Assembly (NCBI GenBank): GCA_028534125.1
Contig: CM052816.1
Span: 65,102,001 to 65,166,000, forward strand
DNA: 64,000 nt
Reading direction: 5' to 3'
Source of the DNA: Lama glama
Taxonomy: Eukaryota
Position 1 is the stretch's first letter. Each line of letters opens with the position of its first letter. The notes beneath the pieces were generated by a model. The model was given only the letters and a program-made list of their open reading frames with translations, did no database searches and was not told the DNA's origin. This document shows positions 38,641 to 51,096 of the stretch, piece by piece. The position numbers and the translations under genes were made by a program.

Positions 38641-38976
38641 TTTATACTTCAATTTTTATAATATATTTTATTAAGCAGCTGTTGGGTCTTCAGCACTATG
38701 TTAAATGCTATGGAATGTGCAAAAGGAATGATAATGAATTAATCTCAGCCTTTGGAATTTGTATTTTATAATCATGTAACTTGCAGTGTGGAAAAGGCAT
38801 TAAAATGTATTGTACTCAGCCCCCAGTTGAGGAAACAAAAATTAAACCTATAAAACAATGATTAAAAAAATGGAAGATGGTATATGATTTGTGGTGCAAC
38901 ATAGCCTTTATTGTTAGAATTCAGAGAAAGCAGAAAACTCTGTGACTTGGAGCAGCAGGGCAAATTGTCATTTAAG

Positions 38977-39009
38977 TATATATATATATACACACACATA
39001 TATATATAT
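38977..39009. repeat. (TA)n(CA)n(TA)n compound microsatellite
   Basis: Direct reading. Confidence 0.9.
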
Positions 39010-39399
39010 TCATAGAAACATCTATGGTCATCTTTAGATCTGGACTAAAAGTGGACTTGCTCTTAATTCATCACCTTAGAAAGCAGAACTTTACTTCCTT
39101 TGTCTCTGCCACAGATTTAGCAGAGGGACAGTGGAGCAAATGACCAAGTTACTTATCATGTATGTGGTGGTGCGAATTAGTGGGCACTTAAGAGCTTATG
39201 GCAACAACTCAAACTTTCATGAAAAGTCTAATTTTTATACCTTCATATGCCTCCTAATTTGTTGCCTGCCCATATGTGGGTGAATGAACCTTGAAAAATT
39301 GAGTTTTTTTATTGCAGTTCATTGTGATTGTCTTTTATAGTGATCTTTCTTTTTTTTGTTGTTGGTTTTTTGGTGTGGTTTTTGTTTTTGTTTTTGTTT

Positions 39400-39920
39400 T
39401 TTAATAGACTTTATTCTTTTAGAGCAGCTTCAGGTTCACAATAGAATTGACCAGAAAATACAGTTTCCACATAGCCCTCCTCACCCACACATGTATACTC
39501 CTCTACCCTCAACATCCCTCATCATGTGGCATATTTGGTACAGTCAATGAACCAACATGGGCACATTATCAACCAAAGTCCATAGTTTACATTAGGGTTC
39601 GCCCTTGATGTTGTACATTCTATGTGTTTTGACAAATGCATAATGACATGTAGCCACCACTGTAGTATCACACAGAATAATTTCATTGCCCTAAAAATCC
39701 CTTGTGCTCCATCTATTCATTTCTCCCTCCCTCCCTCCCTTTCCCCAAACCCCTGGAAACTATGATCTTTTTATTGTTTCTGTAGCTATGCCTTTTCCAG
39801 AATGTCATTTGCTTGAAATCATATAGTTTGTAGCCTTTTCAGACTGGCTTCTTTCATTTAGTAGTATGTCTTTTTAAGTTTCTTCCATGTGTTTCTTGGC
39901 TTGCTGGATCATTTTTTTTT
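39400..39920 (-). mobile_element. L1MC1-like 3' end
   Basis: 'caaagtccatagtttacattagggttc', 'gtagccttttcagactggcttctttca'. Confidence 0.85.
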
Positions 39921-40034
39921 TACTACATATGTATTTTTAAATTTACATATATGTACTCTTCATTGTTTCTAAGAACGTTTAGAGCTTTAGCTTTTTAAAC
40001 TTACATAGTTATCAAAGTAATAAAGCCAAGCACA

Positions 40035-40578
40035 AAATAAAAATTAACTCAAAAAGTTACATACACCATGCTACTAATAGCAACATTATTTATAATTGCC
40101 AAGATATGGAAGCATCCTAAGGGCATAAATAGTTGAATAGATAATGGAGATTTCAGTGTGTATATATATATATTATATATATATATACAGAATGAAATAC
40201 AACTCACCCATAAAAAGAAGGCTGTTTTGTCATTTGCGGCCCTTCATTCACTTTTTTTTTCACTTCAAAAACCATAATTTTATAACCGGCAAAGACATTT
40301 CCATTACATCAAAAACGACAAAATACCTAGAAATAAACTTAAGCAAGGAGGTTACCTATACTCTGAAAACTGAAATGACACAAAGAAATGGAAAGATTTC
40401 TTGTGCTCTTGGATTGGAAGAATCAACACTATCACAATGGCCACACTACCCAAAGCAATCCACAAATCCAACACAACCTCCATCAAAATACTTGTGACAT
40501 TCCTCACAGAACTAGGACAAACAATTCCAAAACTTATAAGGAACCACAAAAAGACCCCGAATAGCCAAAACAATCTTT
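40035..40578 (+). mobile_element. Two juxtaposed L1 ORF2 fragments, degenerate
   Basis: 'aattgccaagatatggaagca' (ORF2 3' end), then 'KYLEINLSKEV' and '[10 protein letters not shown].LPKAI' (post-RT ORF2). Confidence 0.8.
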
Positions 40579-40607
40579 TGTAGGGCTCTCTTTTTTTTTT
40601 TTTTTTT

Positions 40608-41107
40608 NNNNNNNNNNNNNNNNNNNNNNNNNNNNNNNNNNNNNNNNNNNNNNNNNNNNNNNNNNNNNNNNNNNNNNNNNNNNNNNNNNNNNNNNNNNNN
40701 NNNNNNNNNNNNNNNNNNNNNNNNNNNNNNNNNNNNNNNNNNNNNNNNNNNNNNNNNNNNNNNNNNNNNNNNNNNNNNNNNNNNNNNNNNNNNNNNNNNN
40801 NNNNNNNNNNNNNNNNNNNNNNNNNNNNNNNNNNNNNNNNNNNNNNNNNNNNNNNNNNNNNNNNNNNNNNNNNNNNNNNNNNNNNNNNNNNNNNNNNNNN
40901 NNNNNNNNNNNNNNNNNNNNNNNNNNNNNNNNNNNNNNNNNNNNNNNNNNNNNNNNNNNNNNNNNNNNNNNNNNNNNNNNNNNNNNNNNNNNNNNNNNNN
41001 NNNNNNNNNNNNNNNNNNNNNNNNNNNNNNNNNNNNNNNNNNNNNNNNNNNNNNNNNNNNNNNNNNNNNNNNNNNNNNNNNNNNNNNNNNNNNNNNNNNN
41101 NNNNNNN
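40608..41107. other. Assembly gap, exactly 500 N
   Basis: Direct count. Confidence 1.
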
Positions 41108-41243
41108 AAATAGTGCTGCTATGAACTTTGGGGCGCAGGTGTCATCCTGAAGTGGGGTTCCTTCTGGTTATAAGCCCAGGAGTGGGATTCCTGGGTCATA
41201 TGGTAAGTCTATTCCTAGTCTTTTGAGGACTCTCCACACTGTA
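41108..41243 (-). mobile_element. Young L1, ORF2 C-terminal segment
   Basis: 'aaatagtgctgctatgaac...gggattcctgggtcatatggtaagtctattcctagtcttttgagg'. Confidence 0.88.
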
Positions 41244-41661
41244 TCTCAACATAATAAAAGCTATATATGACAAACCTACAGCCAGCATAGTACTCAACGG
41301 TGAAAAACTCAAAAGCTTCCCACTAAAATCTGGGACAAGACAAGGAAGCCCACTATCACCACTCCTATTCAACATAGTCATGGAAGTCCTAGCCACAGCA
41401 ATCAGGCAAGAGAGAGAAATAAAAGGGATCCAAATTGGAAAAGAAGAGGTAAAAGTGTCACTATATGCCGACAACATGTTACTATATATAGAAAACCCTA
41501 AAAGGTCCACACAAAAACTACTAGAGCTGATTGAAGAATTCAGCAAGGTAGCAGGTTATAAGATGAACATTCAAAAATCAGTTGCATTTTTTTACACTAA
41601 CGATGAAGCAACAGAAAAAGAAAGTAAAGAAACAATCCCCTTTAAAATAGCACCCAAAGTA
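41244..41661 (+). pseudogene. L1 ORF2 reverse-transcriptase fragment, frame still open (inverted segment)
   Basis: Translates [86 protein letters not shown]...; catalytic YADD reads YADN. Confidence 0.95.
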
Positions 41662-42316
41662 TATTGTTTGTTTTTAACGTTCAGTCTAATAACACAAGTC
41701 TCCAAAGCACCTTGTCCCTTCAGTGGACTTACCTGTTGAGATAACTCTTCAGACATTTGTAAATTTCAGACCTGATTATCTGAGCCACCCCCTTCCCGAT
41801 ATTAGTGCCACTATTTTTATGCTAACCAGGAAAGGGCAATAAAGGAACAGACAAAAGAAGAGGCACATACAAATTTCTACAATGACAGTATATTTTAAAG
41901 TCAGGCATACTTAAAAATTTTTCAAAGTAACTTTCCTTATAATATCTCTGTTGATATTGTTTGAACTCATGAATTTTTATAAACCTTCTCATCTAGAGAA
42001 TGAACTGGATAAATTTTAATTTTTCTTCATTAATCGGCTTTCTTATATGCTGAATTCTAATGTTTCTTGTAGTAGTTTACATTAAATTCTCAGTTGCCTA
42101 ATACCCCTTCTTCCTGCCAGTTTGGAGAGATTCATGATCTCTTCTGCTCAATTGGATTTGTTGGTTTCTTGATGAAATTGCCCTGTTTGACTTAGGATTC
42201 TTTTGGATGCTCCACATTTGGATAAAATTGTCACTCACCAGATGTCTTTCAATTGATGTTCCCTTTTCTTTTTTGATAGGGTTGTTGTTTAGTATTTATT
42301 CAAAACTGGAAACAGT

Positions 42317-42444
42317 GGGGGAGGGTATAGCTCAAGTGTTAGAGCACTAGCTTAGCATGCATGAGGTCCTGGATTCAATCCCCAGCACCTCCTTCTTTAA
42401 AAAAAATTCAATAATAACTCTCTCCCCTCCTCAAAAAAAAAAAA
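42317..42444 (+). mobile_element. tRNA-derived camelid SINE (vic-1-like)
   Basis: 'ggggagggtatagctcaagtgttagagc...gaggtcctggattcaatcccc', A/B boxes, A-tail, TSD aaaactggaaaca/aatactggaagca. Confidence 0.88.
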
Positions 42445-42649
42445 TACTGGAAGCAAATTCTGGGCTATTTTGGGGGCATAGAATATCTAGAAAATATTTA
42501 ACATTCTGAATCAAGTCCATTTAAATAGGCTTCCAGTTTTGAGTAAAGGAGCTAGGTGCCCACCTGGTGAAATACGCTCAGCAGGTTTCCTAGAATCATC
42601 TCTTTTCACAGAAGACTTTAAATGTCCAAAATGTATAAACTGATTTTTC

Positions 42650-43320
42650 AAATTTTTATTTTTTACTGAAATATAGCTGATTTACAGTGTTTCAGGTGTA
42701 CAGCAGTGATTCAGTTATACATACACATATATATGTATTTTTTTCAGATTTTTTTCCATTATAGGTTATTACAAGATATCAAATATAGTTCCTTGTGCTA
42801 TAAGTGGGGCCTTGTTATTTATCTGTTTTATATATAGTAGTGTGTATGTGTTAACATAAATTCCAGATTTATCCCTCCCACCTTTCCCCTTTTGGTAACA
42901 ATAAGTTTGTCTTCTATGCCTGTGAGTCTACTTCTGTTTTGTAAATGAGTTCATTTGTATTATTCTTTTAGATTCTACAGACAAGTGATATTATATATTT
43001 ATCCTTCTCTGTCTGACTTACTTCACTTAGTATGATACTTTCTAGGTCCATCCATGTTGCTGCAAATGGCATTATTTCAATCTTTTTTATGGTTGAATAG
43101 TATTCCACTGTATATATATCACATCATTTTTATCCATTCATCTGTCAGTGGACATTTAAATTACTCCTATGTCTTGGCTATTAAAAATAGTACTTCTGTG
43201 ACTTTGCATGTATCTTTGTGAACTAGAGTTCCTCTGGATATATGCCCAGGAATGGGATTGCTGGATCATATGGTAAGTCTATTTTTAGTTTTTTAGGGGA
43301 CTGTTATCTATACTGGCTGC
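42650..43320 (-). mobile_element. L1 3' end (artiodactyl-type)
   Basis: 'ctgaaatatagctgatttacagtg', 'ggtccatccatgttgctgcaaatggc', 'gggattgctggatcatatggtaag'. Confidence 0.92.
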
Positions 43321-43894
43321 ATGTAAACCAAATTTATCTTTTTCTTTAAAAATAATTTTTTTTCCAGTTGTACTTTTACATTGCTGAGTTTTAGGAAGCA
43401 ATTGCTCTTTTAATGGCACAGGCTGAGTAATTTATGCCATTTCATTTCACTGGTGCCTACCTGGAGAGTGAAGAGAAACTTGGAAAGGATGATACATTTT
43501 GTCATGACACTTTAGAGATATATTCATTTATTGATTATTCTGGGGGTTTTATGGTTAAAGTAAAAATAATGGGTACCTTCCCAGACTGGCCTTCTTTCTG
43601 TGCTATATCCATCACCACCTAAGGTACAAAATCAACAAAGTTGTCACAGCTTAGACTCCTGATGAAGTTAAGTATATGGAAACCAAATTTTCTTCTGTGG
43701 TCTCTCATTGAAGTCCAAAGAAGGTCAGAGGAGAAACTATAGGTAAAGATGTTTTGAAAAGTACGAAGCTAAACCAAAATAATATTCTTGCTTGTGTCTT
43801 GATTAGCAGTGAAGAGAAATGAGAACTTGTAGTTTCAGAGGTTTCATTCCTTTGATCATGACTCCTGCCTTCCTGCTTATGCTTTTTTCTTTAC

Positions 43895-44010
43895 AAAATT
43901 CATAAATGTTTATTGAATGGCTCCTGTGCGTTAGAACTGTGCTTGCTAAGCTCTGGGTAACAAATGGTGAGTAAGATACATATGGGCTCTACTCTTATAG
44001 AGCATATTTG
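43895..44010 (-). mobile_element. L2 3' end
   Basis: 'attcataaatgtttattgaatggctcctgtg...ctaagctctggg'. Confidence 0.65.
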
Positions 44011-44919
44011 ACAACTAAATTTATAACTTTTATAATTTTCTTTTTATTTTTTCATCTCCCTACCCTACCCTAACCACCCAAGCCTGTCCCACTTTAATCT
44101 TGAATTCTTCCCAGGGACTCTGAAGTCCCATCCCTTTCACACCTCTGTGTACTTGTTCTTCATTGAATTTTGGGTATCCTGTTTGGCAGGATATTTAAAC
44201 TGTGAATAATATGCCATGATTGTCAATTATGCTCATTGTTGCAGAAACATAAATTATTTTAGAGTGGTTAAAAAGAATTTTTCTAAGATAATCAACAATA
44301 GTACAAGAATAGCCTAGAATATAAATGGATGTGAGTATGGAAGGTCTGAAAGAATAGGGACTGATCAGCCACCATTTGCTCCGAAATCAATCACATGACA
44401 ATTTTAGTGGCCAAAGTCAATCATTACATTGTTGCCTTTGAAAAAAACCTCCACTTCCCCCCCGCCCCCCGATATTGTGATGTGTTTGCTGTTTCAGTTT
44501 TGGACAATTTCAAGTTGCAGTTGAATTCCGAATGATTATATCCAAGAAATAATTGCACATATTGTACTTCACAATGTAAACACCAAAGATACCTAAAAAT
44601 GGAGTTTTGTTGAGTTGATGATGAATATTAAAGAATAATTCCTACAGATAATATTGCTCTATAACAAAGTGAAATTATAATGAAAAGCATAATAATTTGG
44701 TAAGATTTTGTATTGGTAGTGTTTTGCTCCAGAAAAAAAAATTAATTATAAAGTCCACTTACTTTTAACTAAATCCAGTTCCCTATTTTTTAAATTAAGA
44801 GTTACGTATCATTTTTTATTATTAAAGTGGCCACCTAGCACAAGGATTTTGAACGTTAAAAATGATTTCAGTTATAATTATTGATGTGTTTACATGGTTC
44901 CCCAAGGTCATTGCTTTCT

Positions 44920-45110
44920 GAGGCAGCATAGGGATGGTCCTTAAGATCCTGAGTTACAGTCCTGGCTTTGCCACTTAGTATCTCTGTCCTGGTGAGGGAA
45001 GCAGGGTGAGAAAAACATAAATAATTAGATTATTATCAAATCCTCCTAGTATCTACTATGATTGTTTCAAGGGTAAAATAAGAAAACATTATTGAAAGCA
45101 CACTGCAAAA
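44920..45110 (+). mobile_element. MIR fragment
   Basis: 'gaggcagcatagg...cctgagttacagtcctggctttgccacttag'. Confidence 0.6.
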
Positions 45111-46924
45111 TACAAATAAATGAAAACACAAACCAACTAAGCAAAGAACACCTGAAATAATGTTATAGGATATTCAATTTTATCACATGCTTCTGTACAA
45201 GTTGATTTAAGTCTTAGGGACTTTTTAAAAATAGAACTGATCCATCAGTAAACAGATTAATGAAAAATCAACTTCACTTTCATTGTTAGAAAAAGTCATT
45301 CTTGTCAGTTCACATGTTCCGCTAAGTTGTGGAGATTAAACACCATTATCCCAAGGCCAAGAATGGTTAATGGTTACATGGTTAGAGCCTTGGACCTTGC
45401 TTCCTATTTCCTTCATTTGCCTAGATTGGTCACACACCACCAAATGGATCTTGGGATACATCCCTATTTATAGCACAAGGACAGGGAAAAAGACATTTAG
45501 CTTATGACTCTTATGGTCATATCTGTCCTCCCCCCAAACTCCTTACTATTATGGAAATCTGGACTTCTGTATTGGCAATATTTCTTCTACATTAATAATT
45601 TGGCCCTGTTCCTAGCCCTCAACATCCTGAATTCAGTTCAGTCAGCAATATTTATTTAGCCCTTACCAACTAGTTGACTGCACTACAGAAGTTACACCCC
45701 ACAGAGCTGCACACCAAATGGTACCCCAGAGGTTCAGAGAGTTAGCCTCCACCACTTCACTTCCAGGTTGGGATATAAGTTCTGCAGAGAGTCTGGCTCC
45801 CTGAGCATTAAAACCAAATGTATTCCAACTACTCAAGGCAAACAATAATACCACAGTGCTACAGCAAAAACTATCTTTTCCAGAAACTCATTTGAAACAA
45901 AAAGCTATAAGTTTTAGAGGTCTTCATCTCTGCTTTGTACTTTAAATATTAAATGTCTAACCTGGGTTTTTCTACACAAACCCATTACATAACATTAATT
46001 TACTAGCAGGACTGCATTTCAGTGTAAGATGAATCATACCAACAGAGACCTAGACATTGCTCAGAAACAGCAGTCTCTGAAGGGATATTCGAAGATAAAC
46101 AAGGGCATTGAGGAAATGATGAGAAATCCCCAGTATGTACACATAGAAAGATAGAAGAGTAAAAGATTCTTCTTCTTTTTTTTTTTTTTGGAATTGCTCA
46201 TGCAGGGATTCAAAAGATGTATTTCCTCACCCAAAGTAAACAAAATAATTGGCAAAGTCGTCTGAGAGGAGCATGTCCTCCAGTGGGTATTGCTGTTATC
46301 TATTCAGAAAACATTTGTATGTTATGACTTCCCAAAACAATGCTGAAAACTTTAAGGTGAGAAGGGAAAACCAAAAACAAACCCCCAAAATCGAGTTAGA
46401 TGTTGACAAAAGTGACTTAGACTAGATGTAAATTAAAAACTTTCTGATAGGATTTTCTAACGTTTGGGGAGTTTTTTCTGAGATTATGGGATGGTCTTAT
46501 ATCAAAATCTTTCAAAGTTCTAACCAAATCTTTGTGTTCTTTTTTTAAATATATGTTGTTTGCACACAAAGTCAGTTCTCAGCCAAGAGTATCCCCATTC
46601 CGCTAAAAATATTGAAAGATACTGAATCATCAGTAAGTCTGAACCATCACCAAATCCCTCTTACTTTTCCTGCTCCTGGAAGAGTAATAGAAGAGTAACC
46701 TCAACTTCTTAATTTTAGAATATTGAGGAATTCTGGGGTGAACTTTGGGTTTAAGCTCAGAGATGTAGAGAGCTGTAAAGTGTGCCATTCCCACCCTTCC
46801 AACAAATACAAAGCTAGACACACTGCACATTTATGACTGTAAAAAAGTCCATCAGAGAATTGAGCTTGTAGGACAACTGAACAACCCCAAATCTGGGCAA
46901 AGATAGGCACCTGTCAAGAAGGAA

Positions 46925-47875
46925 AAAGAAGATGGCAGCATTCTTTTACATCAGATAGGTATCACCAGATGCTATATAAACCAGTAAGGAGAGTCAGCAA
47001 AATTTTTTAATGAGTTGCTAAAGGCTGAGTGCGGGCAAGTGTGAGAATATAGACACACTGGAGGTTGCATATGTGTAGGGGACATCTTGTATCAGACTTT
47101 TCCTCTACAAACCTCATCAGGTGCTCACAGGGAAGACTGGGGAGAACAGCAGCCCCTGTTGGAACCAGACCCATCTCCCCAGTGGAATTAAAGAATTAAT
47201 CTGCAAAGGGAAGAGCAATAAGAACTTCTGACTTAGGATACTGAGGGAAATCCCTTGGTGATAAAGGGAACAGGAAAACAAAGGTCTATCTTCAGGGTGA
47301 GAAGTAAGAATATGTGCTAGGATGAGCACTACAGCTGGAGGAGGAGCAGAAGCACTTGTGACTGTCACATGCCTGAGCCCCAGGGACACAGTGCCTACCT
47401 AAGACTGAGGCTTAATCAGAACATCAAGGAACACCCTCCCCCCTCAACCCCTCACCAACATCGTAACAAGCACTGAGTAAAAGTAACAGCGAAATAATGG
47501 CTGCAAGAGCTTCAAGAGACAGATTCTCTGGGAGCCTAGCACAAAGGAACCAAAACTGAGGCTGAAGCAGATATTAAGAAAATAACCACTGGAGAACCAT
47601 TCCACAACCTGAGCATGTGGTGTCACTACAGAAACTGGATGCCTGTGGTGTACTTTGGTTAATCGTACAGCAGACCCCTCAGATCCAGTCCTGTTCCTGA
47701 CTCATTTAATTCAAATCTCCATGCTAAAGGCCTAGCAGAAGGAAAAGTGTGCTCATCTTTAAGTATAAAAATGTATTTACCTCAGTATCTACTGTCCTAC
47801 ACAATATATCCAGCTTTCAGCAAAAAATTATGTGGCTTATGGAAAGATGAAAGAAAATACTCCAAAGAGACACAC
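46925..47875 (+). mobile_element. Old L1M 5' region (5'UTR into ORF1 start)
   Basis: 'aatgagttgctaaaggctgagtg', 'gtgcctacctaagactgaggcttaatcagaac', 'ctaaaggcctagcagaagg', 'tccagctttcagcaaaaaatta' resemble L1M4/L1MC 5' ends. Confidence 0.6.
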
Positions 47876-49664
47876 ACCCGCAAATCTGTAATTACAACAA
47901 TGTTGCAACAGTTTTGCCCCAGGGTGTGAGGAGGAGGAGAGCTGCATTCATGCTTGAGACAAGGGAAGAATCGAGCAGGGACAGAGAAGTGATGGGCCAC
48001 TAACTGGGACAACTGTCCAGTTAGCTGCAACAAATACCAACTAGGTCCAAGAAAGTTCCTCTCCCTTCGGCATGCCCAGAGATTCTGGGAAGGGCTCACA
48101 TGGTTATCGGGGAAGAGGGCTTTGTTAATTGTATTTGCCCACAGAAGTCTGAATGCTTGGGGACATTCAAATACTTTGTGTATCTATCTGTGTGTGTGTA
48201 TACACACTTATACACACACTTGTGTCTAGATACTGGTACTGAAGTCCTTGGCATAGGCTACACTATTTCAAATTATTTCGTAAAATACTTTTGCAATATT
48301 TATTGAGTGTGGCCAAATGCCAACATTTTATTTATATATTTACTCATTTTAGTTAATCCTCAAAACTGTTTTGATATGAATACTATTTTTATCCCTATTT
48401 GATGTACAAACGCAGGTACAAAAAGGAGCTGGTACTTATGCTTAAAATGCCTAAAATATAAATATTTCAAATAATAGCATAGAATAGGAGGAAAATGCCA
48501 AACATTTTATGTAGGTTTTAATAATAAAACTGAGTGGTCAAGATATTTTGAAATCTTAACGTTATTATATGCATACATCTTAATCAAAAGTGAATTTTAG
48601 ACTTGCTGTCTGGATGTCAGGATGGAAAACATTGTTATTCAGTTTCTTTCTTGTAACTTTAAATAGAGTGTAAGGGGGCACCTATGCAAATAGCAGTTTC
48701 ACTAAGATAATTGGCCATGTGGGCCATATGACTTTTTGAACATGTTTTCCCAAATGCTTCATTTCTAATTAGAGCAGTCTTTCAGATTTGAGTGGATTTC
48801 TCTAAGAGGCTGGATAGGTTTTCATCCTTCCTGGAAACGAGCTTTATAAAGCACATGTGAGTTTTGGAACAGTAAGAGATTTTATTTAAATCACTCCTTC
48901 CATAAGTTAACCCTTTCTTCTATCCCAGACCAACACAGTCTTTGTCAGTGTCCCTTCTTTGCAGTGTTTCTCTTTACATAATCTACACAGATAATTTCAT
49001 AAATCAACCAAATTTACTTAGACATATAGGGTTTTTTTATTTTTTGTTTTTGCTCTAAAAACAATGACTATTTCCTTGTATTTGCAAAGGAGCAAACAAA
49101 TTTGGTTTATATGCATTACCCTTGCTTAACCTTTCCATTTCAGTCTACGCACACCTCCACAAATGCTGATGTGTTGATTCCAGGATTCCATCTTTGATAG
49201 GTGGACTGTCCTTTGTTCCAAATTCCACTATAGTTTAACTTCTGTAAAATGATGTTGCAGCATCTAGAAAACAGTTTTTTTCAGTAATCATGATCCTGAA
49301 ATGTGTTGCCAGGTACCTATTTTGATCTCAGAACTTGGAAAATATTTCCGTGATTAGATTATTGTATTTTCCATCTTTCATGGCTTTCTGTTTTCACTTG
49401 AGCTTTCCTAGTTTTTTCTTCCTCTTTAAAATTAACTACTGATGTTTGTATTATCCAACACAGAAACTCCTAAAGAGTCAGATAAATGTATTCTCAGAAT
49501 TGCATAAACAGTTCATTGTACTTTAGTAAGAAGTCTGTTATTTCACCTATTATGTTGTTATATATCATCTCTGTCATCGTCTGTGTTCTTCCCATTGTTT
49601 TTCTGAAGCATTTTCATTCTCATATCAAGTGCTCTTTTGTGTGTGTGTACAGAGACCTCATTGG

Positions 49665-50125
49665 GATAATTGCTACCCCCAAAATTCATGTGATGCTTTT
49701 CAATTTACAAAGTGATTTTCACAAACATTACCTTATTTGAGACTCGTAATAACCTTGTCAATTAGGCTGTATCATTATCCTTTTTTTGCAGAAAAGAAAA
49801 CATTTTTATCAGGAATTGGGAGGGCATTTACATTGAAGACTTTTTAATCCAAACCTCGAGATCTGTTTACTTTCGCTCCCTCTTTGTGGATTTATTCCCT
49901 TCCACTTTTAGTCCTTACTATGTAGATCAGTATTCAAAGGCTAGCCTATCAATTAGTAGCCTTGAAAGAGCGATAGTTGAGCCTTAGTTGCTTCATTGAA
50001 AATAATATAGATTATGATGACTACATCATTGAATTGTTATGAAAACTAAATGAGATAAGGCACGTTAAAATGGCTAGCACAGCACCATCTTGTCTATAAT
50101 AGTTGCATGATAAACATTAGATTTC
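49665..50125. mobile_element. Two degraded MIRs (minus ~49665-49870, plus ~49950-50125)
   Basis: 'tttacaaagtgattttcacaaacattaccttatttgagactc'; 'gccttagttgcttcattg...aactaaatgagataag...ctagcacagcac'. Confidence 0.6.
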
Positions 50126-50965
50126 CTTTCCCCTCACTGTTACTTAAACTTTCTTTCTTCTGAAATTTTAAAATGTTTGCCAAGTTTCACCCAGATTAGA
50201 CTCTGAGAAAAATCACAATCAGTATAATAAAAATGAGGTAAAAATGCAGCAGAAAAGAAAGGAAAAAAAAAAAAAGGATGAAGTGAAAACTGTGAGCCAT
50301 TTTCTGTGAAACCAGTGTGAGTTTTAGTGAGTTTTAGTCTTTCATGCAGGATAGTGCAAATTAAAAATAATTTGCATGTCCACAATAAATCAAGTGATAA
50401 AAAGCTGTGCTGAAATCCAGAGGAATGGGGTTTAACAAAATCGATTATTTTATTCTCGTTACTGTAGTCTCTCAATTTCTTTGGAATCTGTCTCTGCTGT
50501 AATGAAGGGGGACAAGTGATGGATGATAACAAAAAAACTTGTTTGGATTTGGAATGTTTTTTGCTTATACCTCTCTCAGCCTAGGTTTGGCTGATCTCAT
50601 GGGGACTTAATGAAAACAATATATTTTTGTCAACTGACTGGTGGATTAATGAATAAATCAAAAGAGATGAAGTTAGAAAACTGTCCCATTTCTTCATTTC
50701 TTACTTTAATTCAGCTTTTCCCTTTCTCCATTCTACAGTAGCAATGAATTCTATCATATAGATAGACCTGGAAACTACCCCCAGCAAAGAATCCCTGTGT
50801 TCTTTGTGAGGGAAAAGGGTTTAGGATGATAACTGAATGTTTCAGTTGAAAAAAAAAATGAGTTAATTCATTTAAGATTTTTTCCCCCAAATATTGTGTT
50901 AATATATGATAAAATTAATAATAAGCAGTGGAGGCATGCCTTTTGTGTTATTAAAAGGTAATTGA

Positions 50966-51096
50966 GGGGGAGGGTACAGCTCAAGTGGTAGAGCACATGC
51001 TCAGCATGCATGAGGTCCTGGGTTCAATCCTCAGTACCTTCTCTAAAAAGCAAACAAACAAACAAACAAACAGACCTAATTACCTCCCCCACAAAG
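50966..51096 (+). mobile_element. tRNA-derived camelid SINE (vic-1-like)
   Basis: 'ggggagggtacagctcaagtggtagagc...gaggtcctgggttcaatcc', (CAAA)n, 'cctaattacctccccc'; TT|AAAA site at 50951; TSD aaaaggtaattga / aaaagtaattga. Confidence 0.9.

Noticed and set aside
41380..41739. Reverse transcriptase ORF as a novel RT-based system
   Set aside because: Ordinary L1 ORF2 fragment, truncated, with YADN at the catalytic motif; it runs into unrelated flank
42317..42392. tRNA-like sequence (also 50966-51040)
   Set aside because: Followed by a SINE body and A-tail and flanked by TSDs, so these are SINE heads rather than tRNA genes
48000..48025. Small hairpin ctaactgggaca/tgtccagttag
   Set aside because: Short, imperfect and isolated; compatible with chance
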